Notes under the pieces: generated by a model
What the model was told of the DNA's origin: nothing
Databases searched by the model: none
What the model saw: only the letters and a program-made list of their open reading frames with translations
Virus record (IMG/VR): IMGVR_UViG_3300022752_000063
Location: 1,939 to 65,938 of that record
Direction: 5' to 3' (one strand)
Origin: a virus
Taxonomy: Duplodnaviria > Caudoviricetes
DNA: 64,000 bases
Made by a program: the position numbers and the translations under genes
Shown here: piece by piece, positions 28,000 through 37,828 of the stretch
How the letters are laid out: each line of letters begins with the position of its first letter
Numbering within the stretch: position 1 is the first letter of the stretch

Positions 28000-30543
28000 A
28001 TGGCTATAGCTGACACCACGTTACTCCTTGAGGGACAACGTGATTTTTCGGGTGGAATGGATTCAAGTAAGGTCCCAAATCTCATCGCCCAAAATGCAGT
28101 TTCACGTGCGGTCAACGTGACTTTTCGTGGGGGTACTCCGGTAACTCGGCCTGGGTTTAAACAATTGATATTGGCAAGTGCTACAACCAACGCCAACGAC
28201 GGTTTGGAATATTTTGTTAACGGGTTGTTTCAAGGATGTTATTTTTATCAGGACCGACGGGAGAACTATAGCCCCTGTTTATTTGCCGTAATGAGTGGTC
28301 ATGTGATCAAAATAAATTTGGGGTCGTACGAAGTTCAAAGAATATTCCCTATTGTCGGAGCTACTAACATTATCCAAGGTCAACAATATCAAATCCTCAC
28401 CGTAGGTACTACCAATTGGACAACTTATGGTGCGTCTTCAAATACTGTTGGTGTTATTTTTACCAGCAACACTACAACTGGTGCAGGTTCCGGAACAGCA
28501 TATGCAAGAGATCCTATCGATCGCTACGCAGATTGCTATTTTGTACAAGCAGAAAATTTTTTAATAATTCAAGATGGAACCAGTCTCCCGAGAATTTGGG
28601 ATGGGGACAATCTGTGGATTTCGACAAAAGGTCCCCGTATATCTTACGGCAATGTAACAAATTCGATTGGTGCTATTTCTGAGGTTCCAATCGGGACTGT
28701 GATGGCGTACGGACAAGGAAGATTATTCGTCTCCAATACAGAGCGAACTTCCGGAACGGCTGGTGATTTAGCTTATGGCGGGAGTACCGGTCAAGTTTCA
28801 ATTGCGTCAGGGGCAGGTGTTTCTGGGGCAGCCACCTATTTAATCACCACCTCGACAAACCATGGCTATTCCACCGGTGATTTTGTTACTATTTCAGGAC
28901 ATTCTTCAAGTAATGGCGTTAACGGAACTTGGAAAATAACTGTTATGTCCCCAACTACATTTAACATAGCGGCTGCAAGTCCTAGTGCTGCCACTTCCGG
29001 AACAGGTGGGTATGTGGCTAAAGCGAATGCTGGGGCGGCGTCAGATCTTCTTCGATTTACGGAAACAACCTATTTGGATGAAGGTGGCTCTCTACAAGTT
29101 CCTGGGTTCTTGGGAAAAATTACTGGCATGATTTTTATGCCAGTTCAGGATTCTGGAGCTGGCCAAGGGGATCTTTTGGTGTTCTGTGAGACTGGCGTTA
29201 TTTCTTTGTCGGTAGCTGTGCCTAGATCAGAATGGAAAAATACAGCCGGATTTCAGCGTATTGCCTTGGCTTCGATTGGGTCCACTGGTCAAGAGTCTTT
29301 GACTACGGCCAATGGTGACGTGTTTTTCAGGTCCTTTGACGGACTTCGTACTTACCGGAATGCCAGAGCCGAGTTTAACTCTTTCGGGCGGGTTCCTATC
29401 TCTGCGGAAATGAATGGTGTTTTAAACTACGACACAAAAAGCATGTTGAAGAATTGTAGCGCAATTGTGTTTGATAATCGTTTTCTTTTCACCGCCACAC
29501 CACAAATTTCCTATAAAAATGTGCCAATCTCACAGTTGACAAAAAGACCCATCACATTTTCCACTATCGTCGCCCTTGATTTCACTACCTTGGCTTCGGT
29601 GGGGGCCCAACGGGCTTCGTGTTATGACGGTATGTGGAAGGGATTGGATGTGACAAAATTGGTCACGGGAGTTGTGCAAGGAAAACCAAGGGCCTTTGCT
29701 TTTTGTGTTGATTATAATGTCAACGCCACCAACACAGTTTGGGAATTATCTCCAGACAACTACGAGGATCAGCCCGTAAATTCAGATGCGGTCCCAATCA
29801 CATCTATTTTGGAAACACGCAGTTTTCAACTTGGCTCACCCGCTGAAATAAAAAAACTTATCCGAGCAGATCTTTGGCTTGGGTCTTTACGTGGCACCAC
29901 CAACTTCAAGGTTTATTGGAGACCGGATGAGTACGCTTGCTGGAGAGAGTGGCATGAATTTTCCAGATGCGCCACGGTCGACAATTGCGTCGAGACTGGC
30001 GTCGGCACGGAATACAACGCAGCTTCCAGCACAGTAACAATCGGATTTTATACTTCAACAATTAAGTGGTATCGTATTTCTGTGGCAAATCCAGGAGGTT
30101 CTCTCTACACGGAACCTTTAAAATTTATGAATTCCGACAATGCAATTGCCGATTGCACGGCAATTGCGAGCGCTCTTACTGACGCTGGTATAACTTTTTC
30201 AACGGTAACTCGTTCCGGGACATACCCAGTGATAGCCTACACCATTACCGGCGCCGGCAGTGATTTTACGATCATCCCAGTCAGAACCCCTTCGGTAAGT
30301 GGTATCGGTGATTGCGAAGATATGTTTGCCCCTAAAAATCTCCAACCACAATATCGTCCGCAAATTCGTATGCCAACACCTCCCGAAACAGCGGACCCTA
30401 TTGTTGGGAGACCTTACTATTTCGGGAATGATTTTCAGTTCCGGATTGAGTGGACTGGGCATGCCCAACTTACACGTTTTCTTGTCCTCGGTCAGCGACA
30501 ACTTGAGCAGTATCAAGGGACTGATTATGTGGAGGTTGTCTAA
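28000..30543 (+). CDS. Tail nozzle / packaged-DNA stabilisation protein (tubular protein B-like)
   Basis: 847 aa; starts DFSGGM...N..FRGG; beta-propeller-like; inserted beta modules (ITTSTNHGYSTGDFVTISG). Confidence 0.7.
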   Translation: MAIADTTLLLEGQRDFSGGMDSSKVPNLIAQNAVSRAVNVTFRGGTPVTRPGFKQLILASATTNANDGLEYFVNGLFQGCYFYQDRRENYSPCLFAVMSGHVIKINLGSYEVQRIFPIVGATNIIQGQQYQILTVGTTNWTTYGASSNTVGVIFTSNTTTGAGSGTAYARDPIDRYADCYFVQAENFLIIQDGTSLPRIWDGDNLWISTKGPRISYGNVTNSIGAISEVPIGTVMAYGQGRLFVSNTERTSGTAGDLAYGGSTGQVSIASGAGVSGAATYLITTSTNHGYSTGDFVTISGHSSSNGVNGTWKITVMSPTTFNIAAASPSAATSGTGGYVAKANAGAASDLLRFTETTYLDEGGSLQVPGFLGKITGMIFMPVQDSGAGQGDLLVFCETGVISLSVAVPRSEWKNTAGFQRIALASIGSTGQESLTTANGDVFFRSFDGLRTYRNARAEFNSFGRVPISAEMNGVLNYDTKSMLKNCSAIVFDNRFLFTATPQISYKNVPISQLTKRPITFSTIVALDFTTLASVGAQRASCYDGMWKGLDVTKLVTGVVQGKPRAFAFCVDYNVNATNTVWELSPDNYEDQPVNSDAVPITSILETRSFQLGSPAEIKKLIRADLWLGSLRGTTNFKVYWRPDEYACWREWHEFSRCATVDNCVETGVGTEYNAASSTVTIGFYTSTIKWYRISVANPGGSLYTEPLKFMNSDNAIADCTAIASALTDAGITFSTVTRSGTYPVIAYTITGAGSDFTIIPVRTPSVSGIGDCEDMFAPKNLQPQYRPQIRMPTPPETADPIVGRPYYFGNDFQFRIEWTGHAQLTRFLVLGQRQLEQYQGTDYVEVV

Positions 30544-31232
30544 TGGCTGACGAAACATGTGTAGAAGTTAATTGTTGTCCCCTTGGGTATACTGTTCTTG
30601 GGTTGGGTGGGACTTTGCCTTTGGCTGGGGACGACAGCACAGCCACTGATCCCAACATTGCAGATGGTCAGTTAGTGCTGGCCGAAGAGGCTGCTTGGGT
30701 TCGGTGCAGCATAAGCACGGGTAGTTTGTCCACCTTAACTTCTGTTTCTACCCCTCCAACATTGCCTTTTGCGAAAACCAATTTTGAAGATGTGCAAATT
30801 GGATATTTTGCGTTTGCGGTATCTATTTTTAAAACCTTTACCTGTACTCTCGGCTCTCCTGTGATTACAGTCAACAGCACGACTGGTGTTTCGGCAGGGG
30901 ATATTATTGAATTTGTTACTGGTTATTTTCCGTATGGAACAACAGTCCTAAGCACTTCTTCCCCAAACATTACTCTGTCCAGTAACGCTTTGGGTTCCAC
31001 TCCGGTTGGTTTTACCGACACGCTTATCTCTTTCCGGCCAAAAACGGGGCAGGTTAAAATTGGAGGTCTTCCTTTAATACCTGCCGGAACCGTTGTTAGC
31101 AGTTGGAGCTTAAGCTCTGTAACTCTCTCCAACCCAACCATAGCCCCTTCTGCTATGAGCCGTATTGTGGTGGCCTTTTACCCGGCAGAAATTGACCCCA
31201 ACGTCACGGACGAAGACGAGCTATTCACTTGA
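30543..31232 (+). CDS. Tail-associated protein
   Basis: T/S-rich with P.GT.V.S...TLS repeats typical of fibres. Confidence 0.65.
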   Translation: MADETCVEVNCCPLGYTVLGLGGTLPLAGDDSTATDPNIADGQLVLAEEAAWVRCSISTGSLSTLTSVSTPPTLPFAKTNFEDVQIGYFAFAVSIFKTFTCTLGSPVITVNSTTGVSAGDIIEFVTGYFPYGTTVLSTSSPNITLSSNALGSTPVGFTDTLISFRPKTGQVKIGGLPLIPAGTVVSSWSLSSVTLSNPTIAPSAMSRIVVAFYPAEIDPNVTDEDELFT

Positions 31233-31264
31233 CTTGGAAATACTTTTACAGGAGATAGATTTCA

Positions 31265-31570
31265 ATGGCTGGCGTAAAAATCTCGAATCTTACTGAGCTG
31301 ACGGGTACGCCTTCAGATGCTGCTATTCTGCCAATTGTTTCTGGCGGTATCACCCAAAAGGTTACCATTGCCAATCTGAAAACCCTTATTCCGGCAGGTT
31401 CGGGAGCAAGGGGTGGTGTTGGTAATTTGGTTTTTTGGGAAAACCCAACAAATGTTTCTGTTAGCTACCAGATAAGTTCTGGGGCAAATGCCGGTTCTTT
31501 TGGTCCTATCGGAATTGACAACGGAATCACAGTCACGGTTCCGGATGGTTCAACTTGGAGTATTGTCTAA
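31265..31570 (+). CDS. Fibre-cluster structural protein
   Basis: VKISNL...T.KVT..L N-terminus and GPI......VTVP.GSTWSIV C-terminus. Confidence 0.7.
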   Translation: MAGVKISNLTELTGTPSDAAILPIVSGGITQKVTIANLKTLIPAGSGARGGVGNLVFWENPTNVSVSYQISSGANAGSFGPIGIDNGITVTVPDGSTWSIV

Positions 31571-32166
31571 TGGCTCTTAACCTCAGCGGAACGACCGGAA
31601 TTGTTACTGGGAATATTGGTAATAGCCAAGTAACATCCGCTAAATTGGCAAGCGGTGCGGCTCGTGCAAACTTTGGTGCTGGTGGCGTTTTACAGGTTGT
31701 GCAGGGTGTTGTATCTACTGTTTTTACGGGTACTACTGCGAACACTTGGTCTGATATTACAGGTTTTTCCGCAAGCATTACACCCGCTAGCGCATCAAAT
31801 AAAATACTTGTTATCGCAAATATAAAAGCCCAGTCTACTCAAAACTCAACAAGCAGAATAATGAGAGATTCTACCCCTATCGGGATAAGCACCGAAGCTT
31901 CTCCAGGAAGTAAAGTGATTTCGTCTGGTGGTGATTTTTTCGGTATTGGAGGATCAGGGGTAAGTATCGGAGGCACAGGACAAGGCCACACTCATGTTTA
32001 TCTTGATAGCCCGTCCTCAACTTCAAACCTGACGTACAAAATACAGTATTATTTGTGGACGGCAACGTCAGCTGCATTTTATCTTAATGCTACATATAGT
32101 AATATAAATAATCCCTATACTATGCTTGGAATTTCAACTATAACTTTGGTGGAGATTGTAGGATGA
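31570..32166 (+). CDS. Fibre-cluster structural protein
   Basis: G.VLQVVQ...SITP.S.SNKILV...DSP.ST...TYK.Q...ITL.EI domain. Confidence 0.75.
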   Translation: MALNLSGTTGIVTGNIGNSQVTSAKLASGAARANFGAGGVLQVVQGVVSTVFTGTTANTWSDITGFSASITPASASNKILVIANIKAQSTQNSTSRIMRDSTPIGISTEASPGSKVISSGGDFFGIGGSGVSIGGTGQGHTHVYLDSPSSTSNLTYKIQYYLWTATSAAFYLNATYSNINNPYTMLGISTITLVEIVG

Positions 32167-33179
32167 GCTTGCTAAAAACCAACGCAGTTCAGATCGGTCA
32201 GTCGGCAACGGCTACCCAGAACTTTACTTTGTCGGTTCCTTCTTCTCCGGACGGAACAATTAAGTTGGCCAGAGGAAACAACGGGGCGACAACCCAAGAT
32301 ATCTTAACCGTAGATTCTTCCGGTTTTGTTTCCATCCCGCAACTTCCCAACCAATCGTTCAAAAATAAAGTCATTAACGGGGCGATGCGAATAGATCAAA
32401 GGAATAACGGAGGAGCCCAAACAATCACAGCGGGTAATTTTTATACTTATTGTGTAGACAGATTTTTTGCTTATTGCGCTGGCGATAACGTTACCGGGCA
32501 AAGATTAACCTCCACTACAGGCACAAACCTTTGTTTTTATCGATTCGTTGGTGGTGCATCAACAACAGCAATTGAATTTGGAACCCGTTTAGAAGCTTCT
32601 GAAATTCAGGATCTTTCAGGTTCCACTGCAACTATGTCTGTTAATCTTTCGAGCTCTTCACTTACCCAAGTGAATTGGGCGGCGTATTACCCGTTAACGA
32701 CAATAGACACGTACGGCTCCCGTTCTGCGCCAACCAAAATTCAATTTGCGTCTGGAGTTTTTAACATAACCTCTACCAATGCTTTGTATACCGCGCAACT
32801 TTCTATCCCAATTGCCAACAGAGGGATTGAAATTATTTTTTCTGTTGGGGCTTTAAATAATAGTAATAATTGGATAATCACCAATTTACAACTTGAAGCC
32901 GGACCGGTGGCTTCTCCTTTTGAACGACGCCCCATCACAACCGAATTAAATTTATGCCGAAGATACTATTTTGCTGCTTCTTCGCCGGGAATTACCAATT
33001 CCATCGCGTCCCAAGCAAATGTCGCTGCCTTTTCTTTCCCTTGGCCAGTCCAAATGCGAGCATCTCCGACTCTTACGGGAAGCGGTTCGATAAGCGCCAC
33101 CAAAGACGGAGGATACATGACGGTTTCAGTCGGAACTGGTTATGCCGGGACAATAAACACGGCTAGTGCGGAGTTATAA
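32163..33179 (+). CDS. Tail fibre/adhesin protein
   Basis: N..INGAM.IDQR...DR...QLE.G.VA.PFERR....EL..C.RYY motif set. Confidence 0.8.
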   Translation: MSLLKTNAVQIGQSATATQNFTLSVPSSPDGTIKLARGNNGATTQDILTVDSSGFVSIPQLPNQSFKNKVINGAMRIDQRNNGGAQTITAGNFYTYCVDRFFAYCAGDNVTGQRLTSTTGTNLCFYRFVGGASTTAIEFGTRLEASEIQDLSGSTATMSVNLSSSSLTQVNWAAYYPLTTIDTYGSRSAPTKIQFASGVFNITSTNALYTAQLSIPIANRGIEIIFSVGALNNSNNWIITNLQLEAGPVASPFERRPITTELNLCRRYYFAASSPGITNSIASQANVAAFSFPWPVQMRASPTLTGSGSISATKDGGYMTVSVGTGYAGTINTASAEL

Positions 33180-33180
33180 T

Positions 33181-33354
33181 ATGTACAGAGAAGTAACTAA
33201 TCCGGTAACTAAAGAAATTATGAATTGTATTCTCCGAACGGAGGATAGTGCAGTCATACCGTTTGATCCCGATAACATGGATTACCAACAGTATTTGCAA
33301 TGGGTTTCCCAAGGGAACAAGCCGTTGCCACCAGTTGCGGAAGGGACTGTATGA
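33181..33354 (+). CDS. Small fibre-associated protein
   Basis: IP.DP.N.DYQ.YL.W...GN.P motif. Confidence 0.75.
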   Translation: MYREVTNPVTKEIMNCILRTEDSAVIPFDPDNMDYQQYLQWVSQGNKPLPPVAEGTV

Positions 33355-33884
33355 GCATAGGACTTAGGGCAGACGAAGGCGGGACGAGCGGTGCCGTTAC
33401 TATTAACGGTGCCGACAAGCTTGTCATTACCCAAGCTGGAAACATCACGGCCACGACCTTCACGGGTGCGTTGGTTGGAAATTCTGATTCTGCCACCAAA
33501 CTGTCTACTGCCGTGGGTGCGGCGCCTGTTTACGGCGTAAGAGCTTGGGTAACTTTTGACCTAACTCGTGATTCTGGTGGCAATTCGACTTTGGCAAATA
33601 CAAATCGTTTTATTTACGGAAGCGGAAATGTCGCAAATGTTCTTCGTGTGGGTACTGCAAATTTCATTATTTACTTTACAAGTGCAATGCCAAACGCAAA
33701 TTATTCTATTTCGGCTTTTGCTTCTAACCCAATTTCTGGCTTTCCCTATACTGCAATTCCTACTCTAGGTTATATCTATGGTTATAGCCAAACCGTAAAT
33801 AATACTGGTCAAATTTCTTGTGTTCAATCTAATACTGCAGCATACTCTGAATCACCCTTTGTTTCAGTAATGATTGTAGGATAA
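33351..33884 (+). CDS. Fibre-cluster structural protein
   Basis: RAWV.F...S.NV..V...GT..F.I.F..AMP.ANY domain. Confidence 0.75.
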   Translation: MSIGLRADEGGTSGAVTINGADKLVITQAGNITATTFTGALVGNSDSATKLSTAVGAAPVYGVRAWVTFDLTRDSGGNSTLANTNRFIYGSGNVANVLRVGTANFIIYFTSAMPNANYSISAFASNPISGFPYTAIPTLGYIYGYSQTVNNTGQISCVQSNTAAYSESPFVSVMIVG

Positions 33885-33888
33885 TTAT

Positions 33889-34689
33889 ATGGCCCTAATT
33901 CCAGGAATCCTCCCCTCCAATACCTGCTATGGAACACCGCAGGATCTTCTCGAACTGTTTGCACAGTACTTGGATGTTCCAGCGTATGCTCTTAGTAGCA
34001 AGGTTGTTTTCTCCACCACCAGTTCCGGTTTGACTGCGGACGTAATTTGGTTTGACACTACCAGCGTAACTAACCCGATTTTAAAAATTACGGTTAGCGG
34101 TGGGTTTGTCGACTACCTTAAAAATTATATTACCCAAGCGACAGCAGTTACTGTTGCAAACGCTGACTATGTTCTCATATCAGACACAAGCGATTCTGGA
34201 AATACGAAAAAAGGATTAGTTTCCGATATTGCCGCACTAGCCGTTCCGGCTTCTGGGTCAATTACCTATCCGATGTTATCGACCAGCGGTACGGAAGCAA
34301 ACAACGTGGCCAAAAGAACTGCTAAGGCTTGGGTTTTCGTAGACGGTTCTAGCGGGAATTTTGTTATCCCTGCGGGAAGCAGTTTTAATGTAACTTCCGT
34401 GACAGACAATGGAACAGGTGATATGACTATTAATTTTACTGTTGCCATGGGTAACGCAACTTCTTCTGTTGTTGTTTCTGGTAACCTTGGTGGTCTTCTG
34501 GAGAATGGTGCTCCCGCTGTGTTTATCTCCATGTTGTACCCATCTTCAACAAATACTAACGCGGTTAATACTACTTATTGCCGAGCTGCGTTTGGTAGGC
34601 CTTACGATTGGACAGAATCTGGCCCGACATATTCAAAATTTACTTATTACGACCCGAGCATTGCTACTTTTGTAGTTTTTGGGACTTAA
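33889..34689 (+). CDS. Tail fibre-like protein
   Basis: C-terminal KAWV...SFNVTSVTDNGTGD.TINF..AM domain, related to the preceding gene. Confidence 0.75.
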   Translation: MALIPGILPSNTCYGTPQDLLELFAQYLDVPAYALSSKVVFSTTSSGLTADVIWFDTTSVTNPILKITVSGGFVDYLKNYITQATAVTVANADYVLISDTSDSGNTKKGLVSDIAALAVPASGSITYPMLSTSGTEANNVAKRTAKAWVFVDGSSGNFVIPAGSSFNVTSVTDNGTGDMTINFTVAMGNATSSVVVSGNLGGLLENGAPAVFISMLYPSSTNTNAVNTTYCRAAFGRPYDWTESGPTYSKFTYYDPSIATFVVFGT

Positions 34690-34696
34690 TTTGTTT

Positions 34697-34888
34697 ATGA
34701 ATAAAAGAATAATCTATCCGAATGGAAATGGGGGAGTGTGTATAGTTATTCCCAGTCCGGAATGGACGGGGACCATAGAAGAACTGGCGGCCAAAGATGT
34801 CCCGATTGGAGTAGAATATAAAATTGTAGACCTATCTGAAATACCAACAGACCGCACTTTTAGAAGTGCTTGGGAGTATAAACCATGA
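34697..34888 (+). CDS. Small fibre-associated protein
   Basis: KDVP.G..YKIVD..EIP.DR.FR.AW motif. Confidence 0.75.
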   Translation: MNKRIIYPNGNGGVCIVIPSPEWTGTIEELAAKDVPIGVEYKIVDLSEIPTDRTFRSAWEYKP

Positions 34889-35127
34889 GTATTGTCGTTA
34901 ATATTGATAAAGCCAAGGAGATATGGAAAAATAAATGGAGAGTTGCGAGAGCTCCAAAACTTGGAGCCTTGGATATAGAATACATGAAGGCAGTTGAAGT
35001 GAATGACGAGCAGAAGAAATTGGAGATTGCGTCTAAAAAACAAGAGCTTCGCGACGTGACCGTTACGCCAATTCCTGGAAATACCCCCGAGGAAATCAAA
35101 GCCATCTGGCCCGAGATCCTCAACTAA
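34885..35127 (+). CDS. Tail fibre assembly-like protein
   Basis: KAKEI.....R..R.P.L..LD..YM.A.E...KQ.LRD...WP motif. Confidence 0.7.
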   Translation: MSIVVNIDKAKEIWKNKWRVARAPKLGALDIEYMKAVEVNDEQKKLEIASKKQELRDVTVTPIPGNTPEEIKAIWPEILN

Positions 35128-35130
35128 GCC

Positions 35131-36450
35131 ATGGCCATTACCCTAGCAGAAGCCAAGGCTACGCTTTCTGTATACGTCGACAACGGCGTCTACCAAGATG
35201 ACACTCGCGTCATCGCCCGCATTAACGAGGCGCAGAGACGCCTCTATGCGGTTCGTTCTTGGCTTGGGGTGCTGGCTAAATATTCCCTTCCAGTAAACGC
35301 CGGGATATTTACCCTCCCCGATTCAACAGGAGATATCTCGACTTTTGCCGGGTTTGGGCTCAGCACAATCCTGCGAGTCACCTCGACCAACATGCCTAAT
35401 GGTTTCCTTACAAACGGAGAGCAAGCTTTCTTATCCAACAGCGAGAGTTTAGTGAAGGTCAATAAACCGGCAAGCTCCGCCGATTATCGGTCGTACCAAG
35501 TTTCTGGGATCAATCCGCTTCCCTCTTCGGTTGAGGTTACTGGCAAGTTAAACTTTGTTCCAGCCGCCGGTAGCACCGATCTGTTGATTATTCAAGACTT
35601 GGATGCCCTTCGCCTTATGCTCCTTGCCCTTTGGAGGGAACAGAATGGACAACTTGATTTGGCTCAAGTATTTGAACAAAAAGCGGTCGAGCGTTTGGCT
35701 TTGGTCACAGATAAAACTTTGGAGGGCGCACGAAGATTAAACTATCAATCCCTTGTGTCGTCCACCGTCGAAGGTACAATTGGTTGGGTTAGGGCCCGTA
35801 TGGCCTTGGACCTAAAGGATGGGTTAATCACTGATGATTCTGTTTTGTTCCATCTTATCGACAAAGCCGAAGAATATCTTTTGACTAGGGGGTCTTGGTA
35901 CGGGTCTATTCGGCAGTTTGATGTCGAGGTTCCAGCCAGCGGAGAGATGTATCTTCCGCATGATATTGAGTCTATTTTGTTTTGTTCTTTCAACTCTGAG
36001 CGGGTGGATTTGTTTGCTCGCGAATACGACTTCCATGAAAACGGTCCTGGGTACCGGACTGTTGAAAATACTGGGGGGTTGTTGGTTGTGGATCGTGGGG
36101 AAGAGGCGGTTTTTGACGCCAATTATGGGGGTCTGGTGGCTAAACGAAAAATATTCGTCAATCGCCCGACTAACCCGGAAGACCCTTGTATTCTGACTAT
36201 TTTGGGGTCCGTTCGCTGGTCGGCCAAAACCCAAGATTCTGACCCTATGATTGTTGGTAATTACCCAGCTTTGTTGGAAATGGTTACCGCTTTCATGCAA
36301 ACCGAGAAACCCGATTTCTACACTTTCCACGAGCAAAAGGCCATTCAACTTTTGCGGGATGAGCTTCAGCAGAAGCGTGGCGGAAACAGATTGAGCATGC
36401 AAGTTCAGGGTACGGCGTGGGCTATGGGGGAAATTGGAAATATCCGGTAA
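35131..36450 (+). CDS. Head-tail adaptor (tubular protein A-like), internally duplicated
   Basis: Two homologous halves (RINEAQRRL...SW.G and LIDKAEEYL...SW.G; EQKA..L in both). Confidence 0.6.
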   Translation: MAITLAEAKATLSVYVDNGVYQDDTRVIARINEAQRRLYAVRSWLGVLAKYSLPVNAGIFTLPDSTGDISTFAGFGLSTILRVTSTNMPNGFLTNGEQAFLSNSESLVKVNKPASSADYRSYQVSGINPLPSSVEVTGKLNFVPAAGSTDLLIIQDLDALRLMLLALWREQNGQLDLAQVFEQKAVERLALVTDKTLEGARRLNYQSLVSSTVEGTIGWVRARMALDLKDGLITDDSVLFHLIDKAEEYLLTRGSWYGSIRQFDVEVPASGEMYLPHDIESILFCSFNSERVDLFAREYDFHENGPGYRTVENTGGLLVVDRGEEAVFDANYGGLVAKRKIFVNRPTNPEDPCILTILGSVRWSAKTQDSDPMIVGNYPALLEMVTAFMQTEKPDFYTFHEQKAIQLLRDELQQKRGGNRLSMQVQGTAWAMGEIGNIR

Positions 36451-36872
36451 CGCAACCAATTATTGACGAATGGCTTAAAATGAAAGATATCAATGGTCAA
36501 GTGACAACCTACGTCGAAAAGAAAATCCCCTTCTATCGGCATTGGAACCGCAAGGATTTGAAGGACATGATTAAGTTCTTTGCCGACTTGGGCCAGTTGA
36601 TTATTCACCAAAACAATAAGGGGAAGATTGACGGGGTATTGGCGTTGCAATTTGTGGACAAACCGGAAGACATTTACAGTTGGGAGAATGACTTTAATGG
36701 AAAAGGCGTGGCGGTTGTTGTCTTGGCATCCGAAGACAAGTCAGTACGTACTGAACTGGTCCGTAATGGAATGGCTCTTTCGGGTATGCGTAATTGGGTT
36801 TGTTTCCAAGGCGCTAAGTATAATCAACGTATGCGAGTTCTTCCTTGGGCTTTAGCGGAGAGGATGGCCTAA
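36417..36872 (+). CDS. Hypothetical protein (position of T7 gp13-like gene)
   Basis: 151-aa ORF between the tail and ejection genes; start uncertain. Confidence 0.65.
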   Translation: MGYGGNWKYPVTQPIIDEWLKMKDINGQVTTYVEKKIPFYRHWNRKDLKDMIKFFADLGQLIIHQNNKGKIDGVLALQFVDKPEDIYSWENDFNGKGVAVVVLASEDKSVRTELVRNGMALSGMRNWVCFQGAKYNQRMRVLPWALAERMA

Positions 36873-36873
36873 T

Positions 36874-37827
36874 ATGGGAAGTAAGAAACCACCTAAACCG
36901 CCACAGTTAGTAGCACCCAGACAAGTGCCACTTTCCGAAACATTTGGCACGTTCTTAGGGCAAAAGGAACAATTGCCCGATTTATTTGGTTTTGCAAGAA
37001 CATTAAATTTGGGTTTTAGGACAGAGTTAGAAACAGGACTTCCGGGAACTCTTGGCGCAGCACAGCAAACGACAAATTTGGTGAATCAATTGCTGTCTGG
37101 AACCCCTTCAGCGGACGTCCAAGCACAAGCCCAGCGACAATTAGCTGAACGAAATATGGCGGCAGGTTTGCCAGCTACCAGCCAAGCGGCAATTTTTGGT
37201 GAAGCGGCGTCGTATGGAAAAACATCGATGGACCTGCAAACTCAAGGCATGTCTGCCATCCCCGGGCTCTTGCAGATGTCCGAGTACTTAAGCCCGCAAC
37301 AGGCGCAAAATTATTTATTTTCCACGGGGCAGTTGCGGGGAGAACAGCTAAAAGCTGCTCAGGATGAGGCAAACATTGCGAATCAAAACGCAATGAACAA
37401 ATATAACTACGACGTGCAACAATCCCAGAGCCGTGGCGGTCTTGGCGGTACCATTGGCGGAATCCTCGGGGCAGTTGGCGGGTCATTCATTATGCCAGGA
37501 GTCGGAACCGCAATCGGAGGAATGCTTGGGTCTGGTATCGGAAGCGCTATTGGGGGTGGCGGATTTGCCCCAGGAGCTGGACAAGCTGGCGGACTTATCG
37601 CTCCGCTCGGACAGATGGCTTCTTCTTTTGTCGGCGGTGGGTTGATGGGTGGTGGCGGTGGTGCTTTGGGTATGCCGGGTATGAACTTAACTGGTTCTTC
37701 CACTCCTTCTTTCAATAGTCCGTTTTTTGGGAATGCCTCGAATCCGTTAAACAATTTCCTGAGTCCTTCAAACATGGGATCTTACGGAGGTCAATATCCG
37801 CTCTCTGTTGGCGGTATTAAGTTCTAA
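36874..37827 (+). CDS. Internal virion/ejection protein, Gly-rich
   Basis: MGSKKPP start; glycine-zipper GG..GG.LG repeats. Confidence 0.7.
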   Translation: MGSKKPPKPPQLVAPRQVPLSETFGTFLGQKEQLPDLFGFARTLNLGFRTELETGLPGTLGAAQQTTNLVNQLLSGTPSADVQAQAQRQLAERNMAAGLPATSQAAIFGEAASYGKTSMDLQTQGMSAIPGLLQMSEYLSPQQAQNYLFSTGQLRGEQLKAAQDEANIANQNAMNKYNYDVQQSQSRGGLGGTIGGILGAVGGSFIMPGVGTAIGGMLGSGIGSAIGGGGFAPGAGQAGGLIAPLGQMASSFVGGGLMGGGGGALGMPGMNLTGSSTPSFNSPFFGNASNPLNNFLSPSNMGSYGGQYPLSVGGIKF

Positions 37828-37828
37828 T

